Made by a program: the position numbers and the translations under genes. Under the pieces are notes generated by a model, which had not been told where the DNA came from, ran no database searches, and saw nothing but the letters and a program-made list of their open reading frames with translations. DNA of 61,897 bases, filler included, from Squatina squatina (lineage: Eukaryota), in the NCBI GenBank assembly GCA_031763465.1. It is 4 parts of 4 records of this genome, joined end to end, with 100 filler letters (N's around TTAATTAATTAA, not from the genome) between each part and the next. Parts side by side here need not be neighbours in the genome. Positions count along the whole stretch, not along the records: positions 34,729 to 48,525 come from JARFOE010000072.1; 3 more parts are not named here. One strand, written 5' to 3'. Shown piece after piece: positions 36,278-48,625 of this stretch. Position 1 is the first letter of the stretch, and each line of letters begins with the position of its first letter.

Positions 36278-38800
36278 ACCATTCTAATTTTGGAAAGTAC
36301 GTGTTCTCATTTCAAATTTCCCGCACCTGCAGTATTTTTCCTTTTATAATGTAAATAACTGAGAATAATGGATTATGTATCAGTAGTGTGCATAATACCT
36401 TTCCCTTATTTCACTCATGTGATACCTAGCTTTTAATTACAGTAGAGAGCTGGGTGAACTGCTGCTGCATTTAGGCTACTGTAGGGCTGATAAGTATGGC
36501 GAGCAATGCCACATGAGGTTGGTTTCCATAAATACACATGTCCCTATTATCTACTTTTTCCCCACAAGATTTATTGAAATCTATACAACATAAAAGGACA
36601 ATTTTTCTTTCAATTCCTGTAATTATTCCAATTAATCACAGTTGCATGAAAATGGTAAATCAAAATTACTTCCCAAATTAAAGCTAGCTTGAAAATAATT
36701 AGCCAATTCCAATTAATTGCTAAAATATAACCACTTAAAGTTTGCTGTTCTTGTCAGGCAGCTGTGCAAGTAATTATACTTGTATTGGAAGCAGCCTGGC
36801 AAACTCACACCCGTATAATCTTCTGAGACCAAATCATGTTGATTGACACCATTCGTTAATTCCTTGCTGATTGCAACTTGTCAATAATTAAGAATNNNNN
36901 NNNNNNNNNNNNNNNNNNNNNNNNNNNNNNNNNNNNNNNNNNNNNNNNNNNNNNNNNNNNNNNNNNNNNNNNNNNNNNNNNNNNNNNNNNNNNNNTTCAA
37001 ATGGTGTTCTCATAGCCAATTAGCTGTCAGTTATGAAAGGTTCCGAGCTCGAGATCTTTTACAAGGGGCCACAGTCAGTACAGGGAGGAGAGAAATCTAA
37101 TTATTCTCACAGAAGGCAGCAGAATCAGAGGTTAAAAAGGAAAGATTATTATTAGCAGAAATGTATCTTGACACCTACGCCAACAGCTGGTGAGGCCCTA
37201 ATAAAGATATAAATAAATGAATCAGGCAAGTAACGAGCATCACAGTCATTAGCATGTATGTGAGGGATGTTTAATTATTCACAGCTGCATTTTTTTTAAA
37301 TTAGGGGATAAGGTATTTTTGATACAATTGTAGATTTAGAATGGCAAGCAGTGTAATACGAAGCCATGCCATTAATTAGCGAGCGGTAGTGATAGCTTTC
37401 TGTGGAAACCTTCTGCGATTTTTTTTTTTGTACCTTTTAAACAAAGAAGCTGTACAAAAACAACTATTCCCGGAGGAATGTGGGGGAAGCCTGAGGCTCA
37501 AAGAGTTGACAAATGATAACTGCGTAATAGTCAGTTCATGACGTCCTCTGAGCCCACATGTGTATTAGCACCAGATTTTCCTGAGAAATTATTAATTAGT
37601 ACGAGGCAGAATTTAAAAAAAGTCAAACTGTTCAGAGAATCACCTTTTGTCACTTTGCCATTTCAAACATCCGATCACTTGACAATTTATGGAAATGTGC
37701 ATCTCCCCTCACTTCATCTCTTTACAATTTGAGCCTTTCTTTACTCTTTCGGCACAATTAGAACTGCTTCGATATATGTCAGGAATAATGCTCGGATTTA
37801 TGTAGAAATCTATTTTTGAAATATTATATGACAGACGCGAAGGTAAACTATATAAGTATTAAGATTAAAAATGTCCGTCATGGTTCTCAGACTAAACTTG
37901 ATTCTTTTCAATTAACTTTCTATCATTTAGAATTAACCAGTCTCTAGGTAACTTTCGAGAACTTTCCGCAATAGGTTACACAGCTGGGTAGAAATTAGTT
38001 AGGCACTAAAAATACCTTCACACAACCTGCTTGTTTTTAGTCACTGTCTGTTTATGTTATGCTCATCCCATCTGTCAATAGTTATGAGTCACACATTCAA
38101 CCTTTCAGTGTTACTTGCGCACATAATTTCCTTCATACTCTTGTCAAACAAACATTTTTAACTCTTTAAGTACTACAGCTACCACACATTATGATACAAG
38201 AGTAAAGAAAGTATTACTCCGCAAAGATACATCTAAAGCTCATATTTCAAAAAGGAACTAATCAGCTCTAGATTAATACCGGATTCATATTTCTGTTCAA
38301 TGAGATGTACTTTGCTGTAATTTTTAGCTCTAATTCAAATAAATGACCCTGTTTCCAAGATTACACATTTTACTTTACTTATATTTTTTAATATGCAAAT
38401 TTATAATGTCCATTCCACATAGGTTGTGTCTTATGTCCTTAAAATGTGCCTCACATTGGCTAGTTTATAAGTATGCAACAAGCTGAAAGAATATTTTCAG
38501 TAAGAATTCTTGTTAAGAAAATAACAATAGTATGCAAATCATTTAAATGCAATTAACTGTGTATTGAAACAAATATATTAATGGGGCATTTATTCATATA
38601 CTACAGTACTTGCCACCTGATGGTATAAGCTTTCTGATCCAATATCTCATTCACCAATTTTACATCCATGTGATTCCAGGCATTTTGCCTGTCATATAAA
38701 AGGAATTTGCACACAAGTCCTTGTCATTGGACAACAAAGTGGAATGGTCTGGGCTGTATAGCTGTTGACAGCTGCTGTCAATATTATTATGCGCACAACT
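36278..38800. promoter_or_regulatory. Repeat-free AT-rich block resembling conserved non-coding elements
   Basis: Dense TAAT/TAATTA and TGACA motifs; no ORFs of note and no recognisable transposon. Conservation itself not tested. Confidence 0.4.
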
Positions 38801-40709
38801 TACTTTTTAAAAAAGTACTTTGTTGGCTGTAAAGTGCTTTGGGATGTCCTTTTACTTAAAAAAAGACTGTTCAAAGTTTCTCTCCTAAAAAAAATCATGA
38901 ATATCCTGGAGTGATTTGATAGGTTCAATCTTGGAATTCTGTCCATATTCATAAAATTCAAAAGTTTTGCACAGGTGTATGTTNNNNNNNNNNNNNNNNN
39001 NNNNNNNNNNNNNNNNNNNNNNNNNNNNNNNNNNNNNNNNNNNNNNNNNNNNNNNNNNNNNNNNNNNNNNNNNNNNNNNNNNNGAAACCGCTTCACGTTA
39101 ACAGAGAGCCACTTATTTGGAGAAGAAACAAGGCTCCTGTGGAAGAAGTCCTCAATGCACTATCTATTGCAATATTTATATCACATGAAGTTATTTTGGG
39201 AAATGTGTGCGCTACAGTGTCTCACAAGCAACACCAAAAATGTGTCCCACAGCTCTCATATTTAAATATAAGTTAATAGTCCTTCAATTTGATAATTGCA
39301 AGCAAGCAAAGCGCTGTATAGTTGCTAGGTTACCTGCTTTGGGAATAGCATTGTAAAATTACTGTGAGTAGATTTAGTTCCTGCCATTTTGAGAATAATA
39401 TCACACAACAAAGGATTAGCAAGGGAGTGAAGATACATCTTTTTTTAAGCAGGAAATAGGGATTCACAATAATAGGGATCTGCAATTATTCTTATAATAA
39501 CAGCCTTCAACGATTGACAAGAAAATAAGTACTAGTATTGTGAGGTGCATTCTGTTCATGACTTAATATTATGCCCCATACTATCAATGGATTGTTATAT
39601 TGCTACTTGTTTGCACAAGGTGAGAATAGAATAATAAATTACTATCACATTTTGTAAATTTTTGCTGACAGTGTGAATTGAACATTGCACTTTAACCACA
39701 AGCAGAATGTTGTTTTCTTTTTACCGTTTCAGTGCGAAGTCAGGGAGGTCAGTGTGGACTGTTGAATTGGATATTCCAAGCCTCAGGCTCAGCTATTGTG
39801 TTTCTTTGTTATTCTCATTAATGTACCTCGGATACATTACTGCAACACATTTCATATTATTAATCTGGAGTTGCCATCCAGTCAATAGGTTGATAGGAAT
39901 TCCATTTTTATAGAGATTCAATTACCAAAATCATGCTACTATNNNNNNNNNNNNNNNNNNNNNNNNNNNNNNNNNNNNNNNNNNNNNNNNNNNNNNNNNN
40001 NNNNNNNNNNNNNNNNNNNNNNNNNNNNNNNNNNNNNNNNNNAAAATTTTGAAATCGGGATTTCGTAGCATGGATGGAAAGTTTGAGTAAATTTAACAAG
40101 GAGAGGAAAAGGAATCAGAATGTATCTGGTATCTCTTCCTTTCTAAATGTTTTCCGTCCTCTTCCATTATATCCCTTCCCCTTGCATCTCAGAGGCAACA
40201 CACCATTCAGGACTCCCAATGACAGCTGCCAAACAAGCTGGCTCTCTTTCTAGTAATAGATTCTGCCATAACTACCACTGACCTGTTCCCATGGTTAGTA
40301 TCTCTCTTTCAGTGTGGGGTAGCCCTTGCTTCCATGGTGTTAGTGGTAATTTTAATTACCCTTCCACACTCCTCCATCCTTGTCCTCATAGAACTGTACA
40401 CCTATTGGAGAAGCCCAGACCCACAGGGTTCCCCTGTACTGGTTGCTCCTGTTATCTTCTCATCCTATCTCCTCCTCCCCTTCTTCCTCCCCCTGTGTGC
40501 TCTCACCTACTTCCCTTAATCTGCTTCACTATTTTTCTCTATCTGTGGGGTGACCACGTTTTTTGTGCCTGGCTTTACACCCAACCGGATCTAAAATCAG
40601 TGGGTGGGGGGGCATAAATCTGGCATTCCACCTGATTCTGTTGATTTTCCACCGGGCAAATTAGGCTAAAAGTGCTCCCATGAAGCCAAGAAAGAAAGAG
40701 GCACTAATT

Positions 40710-41200
40710 AAAATGGAGGGTTATGTGATAACCTTGATGGAAACTTGGATTCAGCCGGAGTTGGACTGAGAACTGAAAATACCTGGTTATAAAATTTTAA
40801 GGAGCGATTGAGAAGGAAAAAAGTTAGGATGACCTTGTTAATCAAGAACATGCTTACAGCCAGAGAAGGGAATATTTTTAATTGGTGGAGCTCAGATGGA
40901 GTCTGTCTAGATTTCGTTCAGAAATAATAACAGATGTGTTGCCAGAAGAAATCAAGGCAATTTAGAGCGTTTGCAGTGGTATGAGAGTTGGAATAATGGA
41001 AGACTTTAACTAGTCTAGGCAGGCTGAGATAAGACAAACATGCAGTTAAAATGGAGAAGGGTTCTTCGAGTGCGTCAAATACCGTTTCCTGAATCAGTGT
41101 TGCAAGTCCAATAAGAAAGGATGAATTGGTAGATTTGCGTCTGGGTAAAAAAAGAGCAGCACAAGCAAGTGCCTTGAAGATAAGAGAATATTTGTGAAGT
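40710..41200 (+). mobile_element. Old CR1 endonuclease relic
   Basis: Degenerate ETW, IPGYKI..R.D and GDFN-like motifs. Confidence 0.6.
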
Positions 41201-43227
41201 AATTAGGTTTGTATTGAAAATTGATTTTATTTTCCTGTAGCCTTTGAAGTATGGTTTAATTTTCTAATGCAGGAAATGGTGCCAATTGGATGAAAGTAGT
41301 GATGTAAGGTATTGCTGCCAGTCATAAGGCACGGCATGGTATGTTGCCGTTAGTATTTATGTGCAAGTTGAAGGCATATAGCACCACATAACCAGTACTG
41401 TCATTTTGCAACTTCTTTGCTTTCTCCAGCAGATACCTGGTAAGTAAACTATTCAGTATTATCATAACATATTGAGTATTTGCTGTTTAAATGAAGCTCA
41501 TAAAAATGGTTTGTAAACACAGGATAATTTTTACTTCACAAGGTTGANNNNNNNNNNATAAATGTTCTTTTTATATGTGTTTGGAATGTCCGCACACAGA
41601 CCGAGCAGAGCAGTTCATCCCCAGGTGTGTTTATGAAACTGTGGCTGTTTGAATGAAATCAACTTTGTTGGTATTGCAATTTGTCATTGTGACAAGAGGT
41701 GAGCTGCTATGTGTGAGCTGTTAGTACTACTTCTAGAAGTAAAATCATCTTATCAGTTAATATAAAACAAGATATGCATCAAGTGCTCTAGCACCATGTT
41801 CTAAAAGTTTAGTTGGGGCTTTTCTTTGGCAAATCCTATTTGATGCTTGTTGCCTGATTCGACCTTGTCCGCTGACTTTGGAGGACAATTCACGGACAGA
41901 CTTGAGCTTCATTTCATTGCATTCTGAAATCTTTTCCTACTGAATGTCAGTTTCACCAGTGCATAATTGTGTCTGTCATTTTTCAGCGAAACTCTACCGT
42001 AGTGGCATTGTTGTCAGTGTAAATGCAATATCTGTATCCACTTTAGACTGGTCTGAATCTCATTTTTCCTATCAGACCTACATTATATGCTGCTCTTACT
42101 CTTAGATCTTATTCTGAAGCACCATCTGTTTCATACAATCATCTTTTCTTCTTTACAAGTTTATTTCCCATTTGGGATTTCAGTATCAAATTACATTTGA
42201 GAGATTACTTTCATTTCCATCACATCCTATTTCTGCGTGGCTTACAATGTATACTTTTCTCTCGTCTGCAGAAAAACTCTCTGCTGCCAGCTGTACACTG
42301 TTCCATTTGAGTTGAGTAACTTGTACTGAAACCCCTAGAAGTAACTGGAAACTATTTACACAGAGCTTGTCACAAAGATAGTGAAATAATAGTTTGCATA
42401 ATTATTTTCATAGGCATGTAAATTGTTGTCTGTGAATCTATTTCCTTTCCCTGAGCACAGTTTTTTGTTTTAATTTTTAAATAAAAACTAACTGACCTAA
42501 CCTGTTGCTCATGGCTAGGATCTCTGGCACATGACTGGACTTGGAGGAGCAGTGGAGAGAGGCTGACAGAGCTGGGACCTCTGTGCACAATTGTGCTGAG
42601 AGAGACGGGGAGATTTAGGTTGGGCAGAGGCTGTAACATGGCTGCACAGCAGACTTTTTTGAAAATTTGCGACTCGGCAGGCTTGGTCAGGAGGTGTTGG
42701 TGGGTACGCGAGGTCAGAGATGTTCATAGTGCCTGGCTGGTAGTATGCCGTGCATCATCAGCAGAATTGAGGGAGTTATTGGACTGATTGGAAGATGGTA
42801 AATTTAAAGATACATTTGTGATTTTTTTCTGAATTGTTGAATTTGTTATGTTATAAGTGTTATTTTAGCTGTTCCATATGGATGGCTGGTGAAGTATTAT
42901 GGCGCCTGTATCTTGAGAATTTGCTGAAATGTGTAGATTGTTTTTGTGAAATGCGATTGGGGAGAATGTTTTTTGCATAATTTGATAGAGGAATAACAAA
43001 AGTGGAAAGTAACCAGTTTGAAAGGAATTGAACATANNNNNNNNNNNNNNNNNNNNNNNNNNNNNNNNNNNNNNNNNNNNNNNNNNNNNNNNNNNNNNNN
43101 NNNNNNNNNNNNNNNNNNNNNNNNNNNNNNNNNNNNTCAATCTCTCCTCATAGTCATCGGACAACCCTCTCGTCCCAGGGATCAATCTAGTCAACCTTCA
43201 TTGTCCCACCTCCAGGGCAAGCACATC

Positions 43228-43434
43228 TAGAGTGACCAGATCCGTAGAGTCCCAAACCACGACAATCAGTCTGCACATGCACAGTCAGGTCCCCGCTGAG
43301 ACTGTGCATCCGCAGTTGAGTGAGCACAAAAAAACTGGGACATTTGCGCAATTTTCAAACAATTGTCAGGACACCCGGGCATTTCTTGAAAAACCGAGAT
43401 TGTCCTGGCAAAACTGGGACACCTGGTCACCCTG
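43228..43434. mobile_element. hAT-Blackjack-type MITE
   Basis: Imperfect TIRs TAGAGTGACCAG ... CTGGTCACCCTG and internal GGGACA subterminal motifs; lies between CR1 fragments (43137-43575). Confidence 0.8.
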
Positions 43435-44413
43435 CCATAGCCCTGCATTTTTTTTTCCTTCAAGTATTTCTCCAATTCTCTTTTGAAATTTACCATTGAA
43501 TCTGCTTCCACCATCTTTTCAAGCAGTGCATTCTAGATCATAATAACTCGCTGCGTAAAATAATTTCCTCTCATCTGTAAAGTTCTCCCTAATTTTGTTC
43601 CGGGTGCGCGGTTGCTTTAAACCGGCTGCAGAGCCCGTTCAAATTTTGCGCGTGCGCGGAACTTCACATTGAAAGAGCCAGTCCCCGGCTGCGCGGGACC
43701 AGCATTGCTCATCCACCCTCGGATTCTTCTGCCAATTCCCTGAGATCTGTGTCCCAACATGCAGCTGAGTGTTGTGTCCGGCCTGGTAGCCCGGCGCTGG
43801 GCCCAGCCAGGGAATGGGCCTGCAGTGGGTGCACCGCTGCTGCACATCACTGGGGCAGAGGCAGCCAGAAAGATCAGCCCCAGTACATTTTAACTGAACC
43901 ACAGTGTTAAAAAGCACATGTGGCCTGTTGTGCCTTTGAGGGTGGAAGACTAAAATGTGATGGCATGAGACTTCAAATACTACCTAATCTTGGTATCTGT
44001 CGGTATATAATTACAGATAAATTAACTTTGGGTGTTAGAGTTTCATGTGGCTAAATGAAAATATTCCTATTAAATCTTCAAAAAAAAGTCTATACAACAT
44101 AAAGAAATACATAATCCCAATGAACACTGCGAAGAGTTCCAAATTCGTAGAGACATTGGATTAGTTTATGTACAAGGTAGTTCGGTCATGAATAATTACT
44201 GTTGTGCACTGCACACTCATTAATAATGAGTCAACCTCTATCAGTTACAACAAACAGTTACCTTTGTTAGCACTAGCATCAAAGCCCACAGGTCTTCTAT
44301 TTGTCAATGAAAACCAGTGGGATAACAGACTGCTTGTGTACAGCTTTGTCTGATTAAGATCTACCTCATCTCAACTAACAGGCTAGAATTAAGTTTTTCA
44401 ACACTGAAACTGT

Positions 44414-44749
44414 GGGGCCACCCGTTAGCGCCATGAAATAGTGAAAAAACGGTGGTGGGCAAGGTGGCAGCGGCCACCATTTCCGGCAGGTTGGCAGTGC
44501 TGCTGTTACCCACTATCGGCCCAAGTATTTTAACGAGGTGGAGTGTGTCGTCAATTATCATGTAATCTCGATTTGAGGCCAGCTCATCCATTTTGGAGTT
44601 TTTTGCTCACATTGCCGCCCGCGTTAAATCACGCCAGTGAGTGTTGCCACGAAAAGGACTTTAAGCAGCCTTAACAGCCATGAGGAGTCTGGCAGGGCTT
44701 GAGAGGACGGACGCCGGAACTTCCGACGCCTCCTTTGCCAAGGCTCTGC
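44414..44749 (+). mobile_element. Probable Harbinger 5' region with start of a Myb-like ORF
   Basis: CpG-rich leader, GCCATG, then frameshifted RRNF/SDASF just before a gap. Confidence 0.45.
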
Positions 44750-46489
44750 NNNNNNNNNNNNNNNNNNNNNNNNNNNNNNNNNNNNNNNNNNNNNNNNNNN
44801 NNNNNNNNNNNNNNNNNNNNNNNNNNNNNNNNNNNNNNNNNNNNNNNNNCCTTCAGCCTCCCCCAGTCCAGATCATGGCCTTGATGTCCTGGCTTCCCCC
44901 CACCAGCCCCAATCATAGTCCAGAGCACTCAGTACCCACGGGTCCCCAGCTGCAGCCTCCTGCTGCTTGTCAGTGTCAATTTGGCCAGCTGGGAGACGGG
45001 GGTTTTCAGAAGATTAGTTAGATGCAGCCCTGCCTTTAAGAACGGCAAGGCCTCCATGTCTCCAACCTTCCCACACTACCTGGCTTCCCTGCACCCTACC
45101 CGTTAATATCGAGGCCAATTAAACTGAAGTGTAATATAGTGTGAGCAGTGCAGACACTCTATATCTATGTCTTTGGGAAATGGCCCTTACAAACAATCTG
45201 CTGTGACAAGTAGTGTGCTATAGAAATGTAGTGTACATGTTTTGGGTATTAATGAGTTACCTTATTATATCAGAGCTTGTAGCAGTGTGTTCAGAGAGTC
45301 TCACAGTAAGTGACAATTGTATTTATACTGTTGTGAGGTCAGATGTGCATTCAATCATTCCCCTGCTGAATAAACTGCGACTACCAACACATTCCGTTTC
45401 TGACCCTTTCACTTCAGAGACAGCTGACAGAGCTTCAGAGACAATATCACATACCCATCGTGACTGACATTGTGCCACCAAAATACAAGAGACAGGAAAA
45501 GCCTGTCCAGGTTGCTCTCTCTGCCAGTTCCTTTATCAGGACCTGATCTGTCCTTTTTAAAAAAAAAATCATACCCACGCTCTTCGCTGATTGAGGATAT
45601 CTCTGGAGACATCAGCAATTCCGGATCAGGGCCATATGGGAAACGATGATGTAGTAGAAGGTTGCATGGGGGAGCACCCACATTGCTTCGCAATTTCTTA
45701 CGGTTGTGGATAAAAATCTCTGNNNNNNNNNNNNNNNNNNNNNNNNNNNNNNNNNNNNNNNNNNNNNNNNNNNNNNNNNNNNNNNNNNNNNNNNNNNNNN
45801 NNNNNNNNNNNNNNNNNNNNNNAGACACTCCAAGGTGGGTAAGTCCAATACTCTTATCAAGCTGAAGATCATAGGGTCTGTAGACTGAAGGTAACCAACT
45901 GTCTTTACTCCTTATTGTCTTTGGGGCTTTTTAAGGCCCAGAACATAGCCGTACTTGCTCTCTGGATCTGCTGGGCTTTAGAGGGGTGATGAGGATAGAA
46001 TTCCATGAACACCCCGAACTTATTAACAGGACATTGGTAATAGATGCAGTCAACTCTTCCCACATATCAGCGTTTAATGGTGCTGTTTAAATGTGGTGGA
46101 AAACCAACAGATTCTGATTCAAATTCTACCCCCTCGCTAGCAAGATGCCTTATTCCTGCCCTATCCCAGCCTAGGAAACTTGAGTCCACACTGCATACAG
46201 TGATTTCTTTACACACAATTCATTTACAACCCAGGGTTCCCTCTTCAGCGTTGAACCTCACAGTATAGGAAGAGACGAGGAAGAGAATTTCAAAGGTAGG
46301 ATACAATTAGTTGACTCATCAGAGAAAAAGGTTTGAAGATCCTGATGAAGCTCGTGTGGAACTACAAATTAAGACATTTTCAAGGCAGGAACTTCTAAAA
46401 AGGTGCAGAATATCTAAGGAGGAAACTGTAAGAGAAAAATGGACATACCAGGCAGACGTTTGACTCAATCCATCCACATAATCAGGGCC

Positions 46490-46890
46490 ATTGATTTAGG
46501 GTAATTGGATCCAGGAGAGATGAATCGGAATATTTTCTTGATGGAACTGTGGAGAAGCAAAGGGATTCTGGACGTCCAGGTACGCAAACCACTAAAAGCT
46601 GGTGCACAGGCACAAAAGGTAATCAGAAAGCCTAATGGATTGTTGGTGCGAGTGAAACCAGGAAGGACTTTTTCACAAAAGTAGAAGAAATCTGGAACTC
46701 ACTCCTCAAAAAGGACGTGGATGCTGGGTCAGTGGAAATTTGAGAGGCTGAAATCAATAGATTTTTGTTTGGTAAGAGTATCAAGGGATATACTCAAAGG
46801 TTGGTAAATGGAGTTGAGGTACAGATCAGCCATGATCTAATTGAATGGCGTTAAAGGTTCAAGGGACTGAATTTCCTATTCTTGCTCATA
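46490..46890 (+). mobile_element. CR1 3' fragments
   Basis: QRDSGRP-like and FFTKVEEIWNSL-like motifs; CR1-type terminal hairpin region. Confidence 0.7.
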
Positions 46891-48436
46891 TGAGCTTACA
46901 GGGAGTGTCAGCGGCTTATTGAGCTATGCGGTGGAAGGGAATGTTTGCTGCTCCGTTTTCCTCTGGTGTGCCAGGCTGATTGCAAAGGTGCCAGCCTATG
47001 CTCACATGACCTCCCCAAATTTGGACTTCCCAGAATGGGTTACTGAAAACTTGTTCTGGAAACAAGTCACAGGATGTATTCATGATATCATAAAATAAAT
47101 CTGAATGGCTTTTGACAGTCAAACATTCAGAATCAATTCAGGATAATCTTTAATTTTTTTTTAAAACAACCTGTGGAGCCAGGCAGAGCAATCTCTCCTC
47201 CCCATTGCCCACTCCAACACCCTCCTTCTGCCGGCAAGGCAAGCAGCTTGACATTCGCCATTAGCAATGCGAGTGCTGCCCGCAGGTGCTGGTAGCTCGC
47301 GTATTAGATGCTAACGAGCCCCAAGGCCTAATTTTGGGCCAGCCTGGGGCCTCCTGGTTAAAGGCCATGCATTGCCTGAGCAGCAGTGAGTTAGTACTGG
47401 AAAACAGATCCAGATTAACTTCTACCCCTACAGGCACAAAAAAATGATGTGGAAGTCATTTTCTTCTTGAAATGTGTCCCGTAATATTTGAAGAAATCCT
47501 AAATCTAAAGAAAATGTATCTTGTTGATGCTCAAAAGCTTGATCTGCATTTTTTTTAAATGCTTCAGTTAAAGCTTTAACAAACTGATCCTGGTTCAGAG
47601 ATTTGGTTTGGCTTGGTCTAAACTGATCCAAACGCATCAGATTCAAAACTAATGGCAAACAGCTGCAATTGCTATTTTCTCACAGTAACAATGGCAAAGG
47701 GATAATTTGGCTCCTTCCCAAGTTCACTGCTCTAAAGAGCACAAACTGAGACATTATTGAAAAGACATCCCAGCATAACTGAGAGCAACTGAACTAACCA
47801 AATATAGAATAGCTAGCATTTCTGGGCTGCTTATGCAAGTTTATAAAGTAAGATGGTTTTCCCAAAATATATTCAGAGCAAAATGCAAATATGCTTGCAA
47901 TATTCCGAATACTATGGGGGCGATTTTAACCCTACTCCCCTGATGGAAACCGAGCGAGTGAGCTGTTAAAATCACTCAGCTTATTTACCGGCTAGAGAGC
48001 TGGCAGGAGCTCATCTTTCCGAATTTTAACCTGCTCTATTGAGCCGGTGACAAGGACACCCGTCCAAAGCAGGCAAGTTCCTTCTTTACATGAGCTGTTG
48101 GGTCCCGATGATGACACCGGGAGCCGACTGCAATTTAAACTGGTGCCCGAGTAGGGAAACTACAGAGGCTTTGCAGCTAGCTGAAGACAACTAGAAGAGG
48201 AGTCAGAACCAGAAGAGACTCAAACAGGAATGTTTTCTTTATTTTCCATGTGAGGTCAGGAGGAGCAGCAGCGCTCCTCCTGGCCCCACAAGAATCATAG
48301 AATAGTGTAGCACAGAAGGAAGTCATTCGGTCCATCAAAGAGCAATCCAGTTGGTCGCACTCCCCCACCCTTTCCCCATACCCCTGCAATTTTTTCTCTC
48401 ATTTTAATTTCTCCAATTCCCTTTTGAAGGCTATTA

Positions 48437-48525
48437 CCATAGATCCCGGTGTACAAGCCGAGAATTTGGACCCGATTTTTAGCCTCATAGTTTGGGGGTC
48501 GGCTTATACAAAGGGTATCAAAAGT
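48437..48525. mobile_element. Tc2/pogo-like MITE end
   Basis: Follows TA; internal inverted repeat TGTACAAGCCGA (48450-48461) / TCGGCTTATACA (48499-48510). Confidence 0.55.
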
Positions 48526-48625
48526 NNNNNNNNNNNNNNNNNNNNNNNNNNNNNNNNNNNNNNNNNNNNTTAATTAATTAANNNNNNNNNNNNNNNNNNN
48601 NNNNNNNNNNNNNNNNNNNNNNNNN
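48526..48625. other. Artificial scaffold linker N44-TTAATTAATTAA-N44
   Basis: Same structure as at 12107. Confidence 0.97.
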
